A stretch of DNA of 64,000 nt. Source: Octopus sinensis (Eukaryota). The stretch's first letter is position 1; each line of letters begins with the position of its first letter. Of the stretch, positions 13,161 through 25,226 are shown one piece after another. The notes below the pieces were generated by a model, which saw only the letters and a program-made list of their open reading frames with translations, did not search any database and had not been told where the DNA came from. Location of the stretch: positions 106,268,001-106,332,000 of the forward strand of contig NC_043003.1 of assembly GCF_006345805.1 (NCBI RefSeq), written 5' to 3'. Made by a program: the position numbers and the translations under genes.

Positions 13161-15573
13161 AATTTCATCCATAAGGTTTAGGAAGATACTTACCCAGAAT
13201 GCAGTGCAACGGCATATTTGCTATGTTATCCTGTAATCATCCATATTTTGTATATATCATCCCATGAGATTCACACCAACCTATTCTAACTTATTTCCTG
13301 CTTCTCAAAAATAAAAGAAAATACACAAGGATGTGGCAGTTGAATTCACCTGACATAGAACGATAAACTTCTTTCTGATCAGAATTAATGAAGTTTGTGA
13401 GGAAAAATTATACCAGGGATTGAAACCACATCAGACATGGTTTGCTGGGCACTCACTTACCCTTTCAATGATGGTGCAACTTATAATGCTAAAATACTTT
13501 TATATAGTCTGGAAACAAGGATTGACCCCCTAAAGATAGAAAGACCTTTGATGAGGAATAGATAGATCTCTGCTAAAAATATAGTTTTAGCAGCAGATAC
13601 TTTTTTTTCTTCCTCCCGCAAACATTTATTTTGCATAAGTAGCTGAACAGAAACATAACTTAACTAGCAATACAGTGAAAGTTGTGAAAACAGTCATAAT
13701 CATACATTCAACAAATATATTAATCCTCCAAGCTTACAGCAGTCTAAAATAAGGACGGACTGGTTTTGGCATACTTACAGCTCTTCAGGTATTGTTTCCA
13801 AGCAATCAAAAGAAAGTTGTAGCAGAAAACTTTTTTTTTTTTTTAAAGTGTGTAAATAGCAACTTACACAATGCTACAAGGCATTAATAACTAGGGTAGA
13901 TATACATATATTATTTTGATTTTGCCTTTTTTTTTTTTTACTTCTTTCAGTCATTAGACCGTGGCCATGCTGGGGCACCACCTTGAAGAATTTTTAGCTG
14001 AATAAATCAACACCAGCATTTTTCTTTTTCATTCCTGGTATTTATTTGCGAAAAGCAAATTAGGAATTTTGAAAGAAATATCTATAAAAATAGTTTTTAA
14101 ACATTGAATGACTATGAGGGACATCAGAATAAAAGAGTAATCAAAGAGGTCCATAGGTAAAAAATTGTTAAGGACCACTGACCTAGTGTTTAATGCACAA
14201 ACACTTTATCCAATTAATTAATCAATTGGCTATTAAAATTGGGTCAGAAAAGCAGAAGCATTTATTTAAATCAACCTCATTTTTATTTAATTTCTTTTAC
14301 AAAATTATGCAGACTTTATGTCATATAATGTAAATACCAAAGCTTCTTACATGGAACCAGCACCAACAAGGTCACCAAATACCTTGTAAGTGAAGCCAGG
14401 TGAGAGTTTAAGGTGTAGAAGTGACAAGTATAGGGGTTTTGCTGTAGTGTAGAAACATAGCCACCACCCCACACGCACACAAGTTTCCAACCAGATTCAC
14501 TCACAAGGCATTGGCGGTTTAGGGCAATAATAGGAGATATTTGCTGAAGCTACCACACAGCAGCATTGAACCTAAAACTATGTGGTTGCAAAACAAGCTT
14601 CTTAACCACAGATGTTCCTGCACTTTAGAGAGATTTGAAACCAGAATCCCTCGAGATGTCTTCAGTGTATGATAATTCCTTTACTTCACTGGCTAACACC
14701 AAGTAAATCCTTCAATCAAATCTCATTTGAAAGATGGAATACATAAAAGATTGAATAATCCAAAAAATGTAAAAAAAAAAGTTTTTAATCCAGATTAAGT
14801 AATCAACAAACTATAAAACAAGAACAAAAACAAAACCAAACAACTTGAAATGAAGATTCCAGAGGCAGAACATAAAAGGAAAATCACAAAAAAATTATTA
14901 CAACTCTTGAAATATTTCAAGAGAAAAAAAAAATACAGAAATACAGAACAGAAGAATTAATACAAGAAAATTCTAAGAACTCTTGAGATTAGATTTCAAA
15001 AACTAAAATTAAGCTGAGCCATGTAAAATATATTTAAACTTTTTAAAACAAATCATTTAAGAAAAGAAAAAAAAAAACATCTTAATTTCTATTTTATTTA
15101 TTATTTATTATTTTTAGAATATATTTTTCTTTATTTTCTACCCCTTAGCACTCACATTACTGTCAAATGTAATGCTTATTTAATCACATTATTTTGAATT
15201 AATCTTGCATCATACTGTAGCTTCAAAATATCAAAGGTAAGATTATTTCATTTTTAGAATGACATTGTAGGGTACGTGTGAGAGGCCAGATCCGGCTGCT
15301 TTGAACATAAAACAAATGGAATATTGAGCTGAAAATGTTAAAGGGAGAAAGATAAAAGTGAAAGATGAATAACAGGTGCAGGAGTGGCTGTGTTGTAAGT
15401 AGCTTGCTTACCAACCACATGGTTACGGGTTCAGTCCCACTGCGTGGCACCTTGGGCAAGTGCCTTCTACTATAGCCTCGGGTCGACAAAAAGCCTTGTG
15501 AGTGGATCTGGTAGACAGAAACTGAAAGAAGCCCGTCATATATATGTATGTATATATATATATATATATGTAT

Positions 15574-15636
<63 letters not shown>

Positions 15637-15642
<6 letters not shown>

Positions 15643-16066
15643 GTGAATTGAAGATTGAACAGAAATAGTTTTATTTCATTCTACATTGCCATGGGCTCTT
15701 AGGAGCCTAGTTCGATTTGTTTTGCTCCGCCTCTGTTCTGTTTTTGTTTTTTCCAACGGATTTCCTATTTCTTCCTGAAGAGAAAGACACAATATGGTCT
15801 CATTATTCAATCGGATTTTGGTAAATTGTGCCTTTCGAAACACATGTAGAATGAAATAAAACGATTTCTGTTCAATCTTCGTTCAGCTCCATTTCTTCAA
15901 TTCACTAATAATATTAAAATTCAATTATCCGCACCAACGCACGGTTGCAACACCATATGGTTGTACCTCCAACCGTGCTGTCTTCTGCTGTGATTTTTGC
16001 TACCAAGGTATCGGTTAAACTTTTGATTAATCTGCTACAAGATTAGTCATCTTTCTATTTCACATA

Positions 16067-16068
<2 letters not shown>
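15637..16068 (+). mobile_element. HHR-bearing fold-back element inserted in the central (TA)n of a SINE
   Basis: Left arm about 15637-15686 is the reverse complement of about 15844-15916, less an 18-bp segment. Host SINE halves lie at about 15374-15540 and 16105-16335. Confidence 0.6.
15765..15858 (+). ncRNA. Type I hammerhead ribozyme
   Basis: Core CTGAAGA 15775-15781; helix II GAAAGACACAAT/ATTGTGCCTTTC (12 bp, one mismatch); GAAA 15837-15840; helix III AC-ACAT-GT; GUA triplet 15846-15848; helix I TATTTTCTTC/GAATGAAATA (one mismatch). Confidence 0.75.
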
Positions 16069-16124
<56 letters not shown>

Positions 16125-17451
16125 ACGTATATGTTTGTGTGTCTGTGTTTATCCCCCCAACATCGTTTGACAACCGATGCTGGTGTGTTTACGTCCCTGT
16201 CACTTAGTGGTTCGGCAAGAGATACCGATAGAATAAGTACTAGGCTTACAAAGAATAAGTCTTGGGGTCGATTTGCTCAACTAAAGGCAGTGCTCCAGCA
16301 TGGCCACAGTCAAATGACTGAAACAAATAAAAGAATACAAACTGAACAACAGAAATGGACCAGATGCCATAAGAGATTCTCTGCATTTATTTAGACAGCT
16401 AGAAAATGCACCCAAATTGCCCTCAAATCACACTACCACTGTTAAAAGAAAGGAAAGAAAAGATGAGATGGTCAAAATGGGAAAAGATCTGCTCAGATCT
16501 GAACAAGAACTGAAGAGGATGTTGTGGTTCATTTGTTTGAGAGGGGACTGAGGGGGAGGAGATCAAATAGTTTAATACCTAGCGAGAGGGAAGGAGAGAT
16601 AGGTGAAGTGTGATGTAGTGATGAGAGAGGGGAAAATGGAGGGGGGACGAGAGAGAGGAAAAGGACAAATGGAGAAGAGAAGGGAGAGAAAATGAAAAGA
16701 AAGAGGAAAAGCAAAATAAGAGAGGAGAGAATGATGAAAAGAAGGTGGGGGGGGGGAATAGGAGAGACAGACAGAAAATGAACAGAAATGGAAGGGAAAG
16801 ATGAAAAGATGAATAGGAAAAGGGGGAGGGGAGAAGAAATGGAAGAGAAGGAAGAAGATAAGGAAAGAGAGTGAAATAAAGAAGGTGAGAAAGTATAAAG
16901 AAAAAGAGGAAGAGAGAAATAAGAGTCTTTTTTTGGTTTTTAGATTTGGGATAGCAATATAATATATATTGAATATGTTTTGATATAATTAAGTAAAATG
17001 AATAATAATCAATTTGTATTAAAAGTGATCAATAATCAATGTCAGCATTCGAGGAAAATAAAAGGAAAACTGTCTAATCAATAAATTTGGTTTCAATACA
17101 AATTAACCTTTAATCAATATCAAGATGGTGTTTCATTTTTTTCTAATTTGGTTTGTAAGACTGCGAATTCAGGAGTTGAACCACATTCTGTTGTTAGGTC
17201 AGCAAGGTCGTTGTGCCACTAATAAAGTCGGCTGGCAAAAGTGAGTAGTACCAGTAATTCAATGGGAGGGGGGCAGCCTTGTTACATTATCTTATGCTGA
17301 ATCTCTCCGAGAACTACATTAAGGGTACGTGTCTGTGGAGTACTCAGCCACTTGCATGTTAATTTCATGAGCAGGCTGTTCTGTTGATAGGATCGACTGG
17401 AACCCTCATAACCATAAGAAGTGCCAGTTATTTATTATTTTTAATTAACAT

Positions 17452-17828
17452 AGGCGCAGGAGTGGCTGTGTGGTAAGTAGCTTGCTTACCAACCACATGG
17501 TTCCGGGTTCAGTCCCACTGCGTGGCATTTTGGGCAAGTGTCTTCTGCTATAGCCCCGGGCCGATCAAAGCCTTGTGAGACGGAAACTGAAAGAAGCCTG
17601 TCGTATATATGTATATATATATATGTATGTGTGTGTCTGTGTTTGTTCCCCTAGCATTGCTTGACAACCGATGCTGGTGTGTTTACGTCCCTGTCACTTA
17701 GCGGTTCGGCAAAAGTAACCGATAGAATAAGTACTGGGCTTACAAAGAATAAGTCCTGGGGTTGATTTGCTTGACTAAAGGCGGTGCTCCAGCATGGCCG
17801 CAGTCAATGACTGAAGCAAGTAAAAGAG
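17452..17828 (+). mobile_element. tRNA-derived SINE family A (GGCGCAGGAGTGGCTGTGTGG head, central TA/GT microsatellite, (GTAAAAGA)n tail)
   Basis: Near-identical copies throughout the window. Confidence 0.85.
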
Positions 17829-20247
17829 AAAGGGAAAAGCACTGGTTCTATTTCACTTCTGTATTATTTATTTGTCAGTTGGTTAACCCCCTAATTAATC
17901 ACTTGTTTGATTAATCATTTGGTCAATCAGTCAGTCAACCAGATTTCTTTATCAGTCATGACCTCATCAATGACATTCCCCACCTCTTTAATCCTGGACT
18001 GCTTCAGGTCTCATTATTGGCGCAATGCCCCTCCCAAGATACAACAAAACATCAAAACCTCTCATTTCCATCTCTGTCACCGTACATCCCCCTTGTTCCA
18101 CTCTTACACTTTCCACACCATCCCTCCATTTTCTGATCTATCCTCCTTTCTAAACCAATTCTCTCTCACCCTTGCCCTCCCCCCAACCATCCTGGTATTT
18201 CCCATCAACCATCGCTCACTACATTTACCTTTTCCTCCATCTCTAACCAAGTTACTCTTCTCTCATATTCTTATGCAATTACTCCCTCACCTTTTCCCAA
18301 TGTCTACACTCAGCTTCTTGTATCTGAAGAGTTGGCTCTCGTACCTCATCAACAAGATCTTTATCTTCTCCCCAGCCGCCCCCACCCAGTCTTATATAAT
18401 GCAGGGAAGCCATGTATATCCTCCATACCAAGACAAGATAGACTCGTCCTTCTATCATACATTTGATGGAGTCCCTGTATTATATATTTCTTTACTACCC
18501 AGAAGGGGTTAAACAAAGAGAGGACAAACGGATTAAGTCGATTACATCGACCCCAGTGCGCAACTGGTACTTAATTTATCGACCCCCAAAAGGATGAAAG
18601 GCAAAGTCGACCTCAGCGGAATTTGAACTCAGAGCATAGCGACAGAAGAAATACGGCTAAGCATTTCGCCTGGCGTGCTAACGTTTCTGCCAGCTTGCCG
18701 CCTTAATACAGTCCCTGTGTTATATGCTTCTCAACATCCACCATACAGCCACCGACCTCTCTTGTACACCTGCACACACACACACACACACAATTTAAGA
18801 AGCTTTTTACTTTTTGTGTGTGGCAAGTTACTCAACAACCTCACTAGTGCCAGTAGCATGGGAAAAGCACCCAATACACTCTTCAGTGGTTGGCATTAGG
18901 AAGGGCACCTAGCAGTAGAAACCAAGGCAAAGTAGATGTTGGAAGCTCACTGCAGCCTGGCACCTTGCCAGATCCTGTCAAACTGTTCAACTCATGCCAG
19001 CATGGAAAGCAGACAGATTCTTTTGATTCAAGCTTTCTTCTTTTTTTTTTTCTTTTCGAAATAATTAACAAGTTGGAATGGACAAATAATTATTTTCTAA
19101 TGAAAAATTTTTATTGTTTTGTTTTGGCAGTTCTACAGTTTAACTTTACATTCTTTAAATGAATTATTCAACTGTTCAAAAACCATTAACTTTTTCCTAA
19201 TCATCATCGACATCTGCAACAAAATTTTAATGTTTGTCTTTCTACAATTGTATGGGTTGGATAGATCTGCAAAGTAAAACATTGTTTGCCTTGGTGTTGT
19301 AAACTTCCAGTCTCGGATAGCCAAGGTTTCCAGATCTAACCACATCCTTTATTAAAGCTTCTTCTTTGTTCTATTCTAAACGACAGGAGCCGGCCAGGCA
19401 GAAGCATGCACTTGACTTCTGTGTCTGTTTTGGCAGGATTTTTACGGCTGGATGCTCTTTCTAACACCAACCACCCAGCAGAGTGGACTCAGTGCTTTTT
19501 ACATGGCACAAGCACAGGCAAGGTCAGTTTTGGCAAGGTTTTTACAGCTGGATGCCCTTCCAGATGCCAACCACTTTACAGTGTGGACTGCATGCTTTTT
19601 AAGTAGCACCTGCACTGACAGGGTCACCAAGTAATTTGCATAACAAAAATCTTTTGAGAGGGGGCAGGGCATCGGAGGAGGTGATCTTGTGTCAGAAGAT
19701 GAAAGATTATAGTGAGACAGAGAGACAGAAACAGGTGTCTTACTGTAGAGAAGGTACAAGGTTACCTGGCTGGAGAAAGAGAGATCAAGAATGCAGACAG
19801 AAATAAGTGTATTGCCACAAAGGAAATACACAGTTGGCCAACCCGAGGGAAGTGAAGGAGAAGGAGAGAGAGTGGGAGACATCAGGATAGAGAGGGTGGC
19901 AAAGTGCTGGGCATACACACAAAGGACAGGGATTAGAATATAAATGGGATGGTCGAGGAAAAGCAGAGAGAGAGATATAGATGGTGGCAAGTAACAGGGC
20001 ATACCCTTGAGGTTCGAAGGTCATAATATAAGTGGCAGGATATTGCCAAAGGAGAGTGAGGAGAGAGTGAGGAGAGGAACTGGGTGGTGAAAACCTGGGT
20101 ATATAGAGTGTGTGCATGTGGAGGGGGCAACCAAATAGCAATGATACAGAGAAACGGGGGGGGGGCATGAGGAGAGGATTGGGGAGTGAGAGGTAGGCAT
20201 AGCACATGCCGGAAGAGATGTGCAGAGAAAGAAGCTTATTGTGTGTA

Positions 20248-20291
<44 letters not shown>

Positions 20292-21320
20292 TGTTTGTCC
20301 CCCACCACTATTTGACAACTGGTGTTGGTGACTTCTGCATTCCTGTAACTTAGCAGTCCAGCAAAAGAGAATTGAATAAGTACCAGGCTTTATGAAAAAA
20401 AAAAAAAACTACTGGGGTTCAATTCATTTGACTAGAATTCTTCAAGGCAGTGCCCCAGCATCGCCACAGTGATGAGTGAAATAGAAAAAAAATATATATA
20501 TATAAAATGGTTTCAAATTTTGCCACAGAAGGAGGAGTCAATCACATCGACCCCAGTACGCAACTGGTACTTAATTTATCAACTCCAAGAGGATGAAAGG
20601 CAAATTCAACCTCGGTGGAATTTGAACTCAGAATGCAGCAACAGATGAAATGCCGCTAATTATTTCGTCCAGCGTGCTAATGATTCGGCCAGCTCGGCAC
20701 CTTCTCTTTCTACAGAAACACATTAATCTGAAGAAACTAATGACTATACGTATCAGGTGGGGGAGAAGTTCATCTAGGAATATTAAAGAAATATGCACTG
20801 TTTTTAAGAAACACAGTTCATTTCCAGGTTAGTTTCTGTAAAACTGATAATTAAAATGAAGAATGTGAATCAAAACAAACTGAGTAAAGAACATAATTTA
20901 GTTTTTTTCTTGTTTCAGTCATTAGACCGTGGGCCCTGCTGGAGCATTTCTGAGAATTAAAAAAAAATTTTTTTTTTTTAGTCAAACAGATCAATGTTGT
21001 ACTTGCTCTGTCACTCTTTAACTGAACTGCTTAAAAATGAGGATATAAACAAACCAATACTGATTGCCAAGCAGTGGTAAGAGCGATGGGCTTCTTTCAG
21101 TTTCCATCTGCTAAATCCACTCAATAGGTTTTGGTCAGCCTGGGCCCATAGTAAAACACACCTGTCCAAGGTGTCACGTAATGAGACTGAACCCAAGACT
21201 GCATGGTTGGGAGGCAGGCTTCTTATCCACACAGCCACGGATAGAAAAAAAAAATTAAATTAAAAAAAACCCACAATTATTACATTATTCTAACAATAAA
21301 ACAAAATGATGAGAATTCAG

Positions 21321-21750
21321 CTCTTTACTCTCTCTTTTACTCTTTTACTTGTTTCAGTCATTTGACTGCGGCCATGCTGGAGCACCGCCTTTAATCGAGC
21401 AACTCGACCCCGGGACTTATTCTTTTTGTAAGCCCAGTACTTATTCTATTGGTCTCTTTTTGCCGAACCGCTAAGTAATGGGGACATAAACACACCATCA
21501 TCGGTTGTCAAGCAATGCTAGGGGGACAAACACAGACACACTAACATATACACACACATACATACATATATATATATATATATACATATATACGACGGGC
21601 TTCTTTCAGTTTCCGTCTACCAAATCCACTCACAAGGTTTTGGTCAGCCCGAGGCTATAGTAGAAGACACTTGCCCAAGGTGCCACGCAGTGGGACTGAA
21701 CCCAGAACCATGTGGTTGGTAAACAAGCTACTTACCACACAGCCACTCCT
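21321..21750 (-). mobile_element. SINE family A
   Basis: Reverse-complement full-length copy. Confidence 0.85.
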
Positions 21751-21989
21751 AACTAAAATAATTTTGAACAATCAAACAGGCACATCATTAAATAAAATCT
21801 AAAATAAACGAATGAAATCTTAAATAGCAAGAATACTGAACAAGAGTGACTGTAGCCATTGTTTAAAACATTAAAACCACTGTCAGAATCCATTTGTTCT
21901 TATTACTCGTTAAATATCATCATGTGACAATTTGTAAAATGTCATTCATAGAAGTAATTACAGAATATGTTGGAAGATAGTCTCATAAA

Positions 21990-21992
<3 letters not shown>

Positions 21993-22064
<72 letters not shown>
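21993..22064. repeat. (GT)n microsatellite
   Basis: Long perfect run. Other microsatellites: (GT)n 21-48, (TA)n 15540-15636, compound TA/CA 35400-35580, (TAA)n 45510-45537 and 62925-62950. Confidence 0.95.
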
Positions 22065-22066
<2 letters not shown>

Positions 22067-22327
22067 ACTGCTTTATCATTTAAAGCAGCAAAATGCAGCC
22101 CAAATATTCTACCCGTTTTATGTTCAAACTGGCTAGATCCAACTTCTCACACCTACCCTACAATGTCATCTAAAAATATACAATCACATCATTGAAATCT
22201 CAAAGCCAGGAGACAATTTATGATTAATTTAAAACTGTGAATAAATAAGCATTAGATTTGACAGAGTAATCCGAATGCTAAAGTGTAAAAGAGTTTTTAC
22301 ATTTGATTTTTGTAGGAATTTGTTTAA

Positions 22328-22597
22328 CCCTTTCATTACCAACCCGACTGAAACCACCTCTGGCTCTGTAGTACAAATGTCTTGTTTTCATAAGTTTTGA
22401 ATTAAAATCTTCCACCAAACTTTAGTCACAATTTATATTCCTAACACTAGCTGAATGATAACTAATTTATTTTACTAAATTCTTTGTAATATTTAAAATT
22501 AATTGAAAGAAACACAGAGCATCTTAACAGAAATATGGTAACAAAAGGGTTAACAAATGATTAATTTAACCCTTTTGATACCATCCAGGCTGTAACC
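22328..22597 (+). mobile_element. piggyBac-like MITE family 1 plus start of a second unit
   Basis: TTAA-CCCTTT 22324-22333 to AAAGGG-TTAA 22544-22553; reverse complement of the 8.9-9.3 kb copies. Confidence 0.75.
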
Positions 22598-23083
22598 TGC
22601 TCTATTTTAAAAATAGGAAGGACACAGCTGAGATGCATTTGATCACAGACCTATTAGATTTGAACACACCTGTTGCTAAACAACAACAGCAACTGTTAAA
22701 ATGATTCCTGTCTCACTAACACCCGTCAGCGTCAGCAATATTATATTACAGAAACATCAGCACCAGGACTTTGCTGTTTGTCTTTGCAAGGTCAACAAAA
22801 ATACAACAGCAAATAAGTTCGTATGACTTTGTGCCTTTATTAGAAATTATTTTATTGCTCTAATCAAAAATATATTTAAGCAACAACATTTGGATCTTTT
22901 CCATTTCCTTCTTCCAACCAATCGAAGATCTTTCAATGGGCTTCTTTTTAAATTTTCCACACTGATGCAGTTTTGCATGATGATGATGAAAATTGCATAA
23001 AGAAGTTAGAAACATTTAAAGTTACATAATTTTAGCCAGTGAAATAAGACCAGTGTCCTCACAAGCAGAAGCTGAAACTGTTT

Positions 23084-23097
23084 GTTACCATGGCAAC
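23084..23097. promoter_or_regulatory. RFX X-box consensus GTTACCATGGCAAC
   Basis: Exact fit to GTTRCCATGGYAAC in apparently non-repeat sequence; function not shown. Confidence 0.35.
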
Positions 23098-24449
23098 TTC
23101 AGTGTATCATTGTTTACCCCTGGAATTGTACACAAGATTTTGAAAATGAAAACAAAAAACAGAACCGAATTGAAGGACAAATTTTTGAAATTCTAAACAT
23201 TATGGAATGAATAAATTTTTTTTTAAACAATCTAATAAAAAACAATGATGAAATAATGAGATGAGAGGGAAAGTAGGTGAAAATGGGAGAAGGCAGGTTC
23301 AAATCCACTAAGGGCATTTTATGAATTATTTGTGTATTTTAGACTATAAATATAATTTTTACATTGTCCCAGCTCTCCTAACTGTCTGGACATGATCATC
23401 CAGGACCATCCTCAGCACAGGCTCAGAAGGAAGGAAATTCCTCATATTCACCTGACACCAAAAGACAGAATAAACACTAACATTTAAAAGCCTTAAAAGC
23501 TTCCTTGGGGTGAGTAAGAGGAAAGAAGGCAAATATAAAGGGATGCTGAAATGTTCCTGGCTTTGGGTAAAAGAAAATAGAGGAGGATCAGTTAATTAGG
23601 ATTTTATTCAACATATTTCCATCTTAGATTCACACATTTATTGCAGCAGTCCTTCAGCTTTTCTAAGTCCTATAAAAGGACTTGGAAGGTTGAACCTCCA
23701 ACTAGGCCTTTCATGATACCCTTAAAGCCAGGAATTTCTCAGCACCCACTCTTAAGGTGGAAGGGAGGGAGGTGTGTAAAGAAGGAGGAAAGTAAGTAAG
23801 ACTGAGTGAGAATATAGCAAGAGAGAGAGAGAAGTCTGTAAGAGTGAATTGAGAGGAGATAAGGCTGAAAGATAAAAGGAAAGTGGAAAGGAGGAGTGGT
23901 AAAAATGATTGAGAAAGAAAGGAAAAACAAAATCTGAGAGACAAAGAAAGGAGAAAGACAGAGAAAGGAGAGAGGGGATAGGGAGAGAGAGGGAGAGAGA
24001 TAAGCAGAATATGAAGAGAAAATATTTGAGAAGGAAAGGCAGAGATTTAGTAAGGAAAGGGAGAAAGGAAAAGAGAAAAGAGAGATATTTGAAAAGAGTA
24101 AAAAACGGTTCCAAAACACAAAATGTTAATTTGTTTTTGTTTTGTTTTAAATCTAGCCCTCTGCACCACCATCACCATTGTTCTGCCTACATGACATTAT
24201 GCTTAGAATGGTTCCAGCCCAAAATCAGAAATGACAAAGAACTCTCAGAACGCAATTTCTCTTAGACTGGTTGTTTTGAACTTCAGTTCGTCATCAAACA
24301 TTCCACATGGAAAGGAATTAAACTTTAATACAGATGACAGACTGGCAGCATTGTTAGTGTCGCACAAAATGCATTACAACATTTAGTTGCAAATCTTAAC
24401 ATTCTGAGTTCAAATTTCAAGTTCTGCTTTGCCTTTCATATTTTTAGGT

Positions 24450-25226
24450 ACTTGGTGACCCTGTCAGTGCAGGTGCCACTTAAAAAGCATCCAATCCACA
24501 CTGTAAAGTAGTTGAAGTTAAGAAGGGCATCCAGCTGTAAAAACCTTGCCAAAACTGACCCTAACACCAACCACTCAGCAGAGTGGACTTTTTACATGGC
24601 ACAAGTTCAGGCAAGGTTTTTACAGCTGGATGCCCTTCCAAACACCTGTCTTCATTCCTGATCTCTACAGTAAGACACCTGTTTCTGTCTCTCTGTCTCA
24701 CTATAACCTCTCATCATCTGACACAAGATCTCCTCCTCCAATGCTCCCTCCCCTCTCAAAAGATCTTTGTCGTGCAAGTTACTTGGTGACCCTGTCAGAG
24801 TGCAGGTGCCACTTAAAAAGCATGCAGTCCACACTTTGAAGCAGTTGGCATTTGGAAGGGCATCCAGCAGTAAAAACCTTGCCAAAACTGACCCTAACAC
24901 CAACCACTCAGCAGAGTGGACTTTTTACATGGCACAAGTTCAGGCAAGGTTTTTACAGCTGGATGCCCTTCCAAACACCTGTCTTCATTCCTGATCTCTA
25001 CAGTAAGACACCTGTTTCTGTCTCTCTGTCTCACTATAACCTCTCATCATCTGACACAAGATCTCCTCCTCCAATGCTCCCTCCCCTCTCAAAAGATCTT
25101 TGTCGTGCAAGTTACTTGGTGACCCTGTCAGAGTGCAGGTGCCACTTAAAAAGCATGCAGTCCACACTTTGAAGCAGTTGGCATTTGGAAGGGCATCCAG
25201 CAGTAAAAACCTTGCCAAAACTGACC
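24450..25226. repeat. About 2.3-copy tandem of a 331-333 bp unit made of family-C-related pieces
   Basis: ACTTGGTGACC at 24450, 24781 and 25114; ORF-track peptides repeat at a 333-nt offset. Confidence 0.9.

Noticed and set aside
13430-13490. Strong GTAAGT donor on the minus strand
   Set aside because: Derives from the GGTAAGT of a decayed SINE head.
17907-18512. Longest ORF (201 aa)
   Set aside because: C/T-rich degenerate repeat, with related sequence inverted at about 19.8-20.2 kb and near 56.0 kb; no motif and no splice support.
19130-19380. Protein-like frame KEEALIKDVVRSGNLGYPRLEVY
   Set aside because: No convincing donor before the stop and no recognisable family.
24450-25226. Possible CRISPR-like array
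   Set aside because: No repeat-spacer alternation; whole 333-bp units are duplicated, in a eukaryotic context.
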